Assembly: GCA_016212635.1 (NCBI GenBank)
Contig: JACRFR010000018.1
Coordinates: forward strand, 4,080 to 68,079
DNA from: Candidatus Liptonbacteria bacterium
GTDB taxonomy: Bacteria; Patescibacteriota; Minisyncoccia; UBA6257; 2-01-FULL-56-20
Reading direction: 5' to 3'
Length of the DNA: 64,000 nt
Made by a program: the position numbers and the translations under genes. Positions 61,363 to 64,000 of the stretch are shown here, piece by piece (the stretch's first letter is position 1; every line of letters begins with the position of its first letter). Below the pieces are notes generated by a model. That model searched no databases. It was not told where the DNA came from and saw only the letters and a program-made list of their open reading frames with translations.

Positions 61363-63219
61363 ATGAACTCCGAGGCTAAACAGTGTCAGAGTTGTAAGCA
61401 AGATTTCTCAATCGAGCCCGCCGATTTCGATTTCTACCGTAAGATCGACGTACCCCCTCCGACATTTTATTGGAAGTGCCGCCTGGCCCGACGCCTAGTT
61501 TGGCGGAACGAACGTTCTCTATATAAGAGAGCGTGCGATCTGTGCCACAAAAACGTCATCTCCATGTATCCGGCGGAGGCGCCCTTCCCGGTATACTGCC
61601 ATGATTGCTGGTGGGGTGACAGCTGGTCCCCTGTCGATTATGGCCGCGAGTACGATTTTCAAAAACCATTCTTTGAGCAGTTCGCGGACCTGCAGAAAGT
61701 TGTGCCCAAGCCCGCCGCTTATGCTACAGGCAACGTGAATAGCGACTACTGCAACTACACCGCCCACATGAAGGAAGGCTATCTGATGTTCGGTAGTTGG
61801 TTCTCGGAAAATTGTGGTTACGGGCAGACAGTTTTAGAGAGTAAGGATTGCTGGGATTGCATGTTCGTCAAAAACTGCGAGCTATGCCTATCCTCTGTGG
61901 ATTGCACTAAGTGCAACCAGACACACTTCAGTCAAAAATGTTCGGACTGCTTCGCCTCGGCGTTCCTGTATGATTGCAAGAACTGCCAGAACTGCTTGTT
62001 CTGCTTCAATCTGCGGGGCAAGAGCTACCACATTTTTAACCAGCCGGTGTCCCGGGAAGAGTTTGAAAAGACCAAGAAAGAAATAATGGGTTCGTTTACT
62101 GCGCTTCAAAAAGCCAGGGCTGATTTCCAAGAAATGGCGCGGGCCAAGGCGATACATAAATCCATGACCGGAGATCGCAACAATAACGCCTCGGGAGAGT
62201 TCATTTATAATTCCAAGAACGTCCAGCGCTCGTACTATATTCACGACGGGGAGAATGAAAAATATGCGGTGCGCGGGGGCAAGGGACAGAAGGACGCCAT
62301 GGATGTCTTCGGCGTGCATGCAGGTGAACTGGCCTACGAATGCAACAACATCGATTTTTCCTCGCGCTGCCTCTTCAGTATCAACGGCGAGAACAATATC
62401 AACTCGGATTACCTGGCAGACTCATTCAATGTTAAGAACTCTTTTGGGTGCATCTCCTTGCGCCAGAAGGAGTATTGCATCTTGAACAAGCAATATGACG
62501 AGAAAACAGTTAAAGAACTCCGGGAAAAGATAATCACCCACATGTCGGCGCAACCCTACGTGGATCAAAAAGGCAGAACTTATGCCTACGGTGAGCTTTT
62601 TCCGATCGAGATAGCCCCCTCTGCCTATAACGAAACCCTGGCCCAGGAATACCTTCCTCTCACTGCGGAGCGGGCAGTGGAACTGGGATATGCCTGGCAT
62701 GCGATAGAGGATAAAAGCTATACCGCGTCTAAGAATTGGAAAGACCTACCCGACACCATCGGCGAAGTCGACGATGCCATTCTCTCCGAAGTTGTCTTGT
62801 GCCAAGCCTGGGACAGCGATAAGAAGTTGGCCCAGGAACATAAGTGCAGTAAGGCTTTTAAGATTACGCCCAACGAACTGGCCATGTACCGAAAATGGAA
62901 CACTCCCCTGCCGCGCCAATGCCCCAACACCAGAAATTTCGAATTATTCCAACTGCGCAACCCGGTGGACTTCTGGCCCCGTCATTGCCAGTGCTCTGGC
63001 AATGCGCAGATCAACGCTGAACCGACGCGGATTAACGCGGAAACAGACAACCTCACCCAACCTCTCCTTTCTAAGGAGAGGAGCGGAGAGGTGTATCGGA
63101 ATACCGTGCAGCATTTCCACGGCGCCGAACCGTGCCCGAATGAGTTCGAAACATCTTACGCGCCAGAACGGCCAGAGATCATATATTGTGAATCATGCTA
63201 CAATGCGGAAGTAGTATGA
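61363..63219 (+). CDS. Cysteine-rich hypothetical protein (618 aa) with many CxxC/CxC pairs, containing an in-frame family-2 hairpin repeat.
   Basis: DCWDCMFVKNCELCLSSVDCTKCNQTHFSQKCSDCF..YDCKNCQNCLFCFN and C-terminal ..HCQCSG..EPCPNEF..IYCESCYNAEVV. Confidence 0.55.
   Translation: MNSEAKQCQSCKQDFSIEPADFDFYRKIDVPPPTFYWKCRLARRLVWRNERSLYKRACDLCHKNVISMYPAEAPFPVYCHDCWWGDSWSPVDYGREYDFQKPFFEQFADLQKVVPKPAAYATGNVNSDYCNYTAHMKEGYLMFGSWFSENCGYGQTVLESKDCWDCMFVKNCELCLSSVDCTKCNQTHFSQKCSDCFASAFLYDCKNCQNCLFCFNLRGKSYHIFNQPVSREEFEKTKKEIMGSFTALQKARADFQEMARAKAIHKSMTGDRNNNASGEFIYNSKNVQRSYYIHDGENEKYAVRGGKGQKDAMDVFGVHAGELAYECNNIDFSSRCLFSINGENNINSDYLADSFNVKNSFGCISLRQKEYCILNKQYDEKTVKELREKIITHMSAQPYVDQKGRTYAYGELFPIEIAPSAYNETLAQEYLPLTAERAVELGYAWHAIEDKSYTASKNWKDLPDTIGEVDDAILSEVVLCQAWDSDKKLAQEHKCSKAFKITPNELAMYRKWNTPLPRQCPNTRNFELFQLRNPVDFWPRHCQCSGNAQINAEPTRINAETDNLTQPLLSKERSGEVYRNTVQHFHGAEPCPNEFETSYAPERPEIIYCESCYNAEVV
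63051..63093. repeat. Family-2 hairpin copy inside the Cys-rich CDS (CCTCACCCAACCTCTCCTTTCTAAGGAGAGGAGCGGAGAGGTG), encoding NLTQPLLSKERSGEV in frame.
   Basis: It aligns with the intergenic copy at 32677-32720, with compensatory C-to-T / G-to-A changes that preserve the stem. Confidence 0.55.
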
Positions 63220-63754
63220 TTCTCTTTTTGTATAAGCCGACGCCCTGGTCGGCTCCCCGACAGAATCGTCGGGGTTGCGAACAGTGTTACCAGCAAGAAG
63301 TTGCGTAGCAATCCTCATTCTACTCGCCATTCTACTCGCCCCCTTCACGCATCGCCTCCCCACCCAAATCACACGATTGTCCGATCGTCCAATCGTGTGA
63401 TTTGGCAAACGGTTACAACTAATTTGCAACGAAAACGAATCCGTAACGAATATGTTTGGATAACTTACTCCATGCCCCGATACATATCGGATCTACGGGG
63501 TGTTACCAAGCGGAAGTGGTCCAATCTAAAATAATTCAGCCGCTGTCCTCCAGCGCCTTCCTAATCTGAAGATAGTGCTGGCCACAGTGGCTCCTGTCTC
63601 CCTGCAATGTGTCGATGGTTTCTGTTACGCACACGGTTGGACGATCATCCAACCGTGTGCGTAAGGAATAGCGGTGCAAACTAACACGAAGCGCTTGTCG
63701 CCGCTTGCCCGCTTCGAGTATTGTTTTCACCGTGAAAATGTATAAAATGAAAAT

Positions 63755-64000
63755 ATGACCCTAGAAGAAGTCAAACAAAAAGCAGGTCCGATCTTGGAGC
63801 GACACGGGGTTACTTATGCCGCTATTTTCGGCAGCTTGGCGCGCGGGGAGGATAGTCCCCAAAGCGACGTGGATATCCTCGTGCGCCTCGGTCGCCCCAC
63901 GGGCATGATCGGCTACATGCGGCTCATCGAGAACCTCGAGACAACTCTTCAGAAAAAAATTGATTTAGTCACGGAACAAGGTCTCAATAAGCGCGTGCGC
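63755..64000 (+). CDS. Nucleotidyltransferase (MNT/Pol-beta superfamily) protein, 3'-truncated at the window end.
   Basis: GSLARGEDSPQSDVDILV signature. Confidence 0.6.
   Translation, partial: MTLEEVKQKAGPILERHGVTYAAIFGSLARGEDSPQSDVDILVRLGRPTGMIGYMRLIENLETTLQKKIDLVTEQGLNKRVR

Overview
This 64-kb window looks like a chromosomal segment spanning the replication origin of a small-genome bacterium, probably CPR/Patescibacteria-like. The origin-type gene cluster is present: dnaA-dnaN divergent from rpmH-rnpA-yidC-jag, plus pyrG, polA, ruvA, ruvB, yebC-ruvC, rpsT, holA, tsaE, rsmA, PBP1A, a pilB-type ATPase and a lamin-tail-domain protein. The window also carries a large amount of accessory and repeat content. 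(1) A tRNA-Arg(CCG) followed by a degenerate direct copy of its 3' half, adjacent to a large serine recombinase gene interrupted by an in-frame TAA, and an XRE-ImmA/IrrE gene paired with a PIN-like (DUF4411-like) gene. (2) A type III restriction-modification operon with an NYN-domain gene inserted between mod and res. (3) A co-directional cluster at ~41.5-54.4 kb with a VirB4-type ATPase (DEAW Walker B) and a VirB6/TrbL-like polytopic membrane protein. (4) A UvrD/PcrA-family helicase split in motif III by a 362-codon intein. (5) A 132-bp element with 16-bp terminal inverted repeats and target-site duplications, present in two copies and both times inserted in-frame into genes. (6) At least two dispersed palindromic repeat families, heptanucleotide tandem repeats embedded in several coding regions, a candidate rod-like small RNA, and recurrent palindromic operator-like motifs. 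No rRNA genes and no CRISPR arrays were seen. All calls rest on reading the sequence and ORF translations by eye; no database searches were run.
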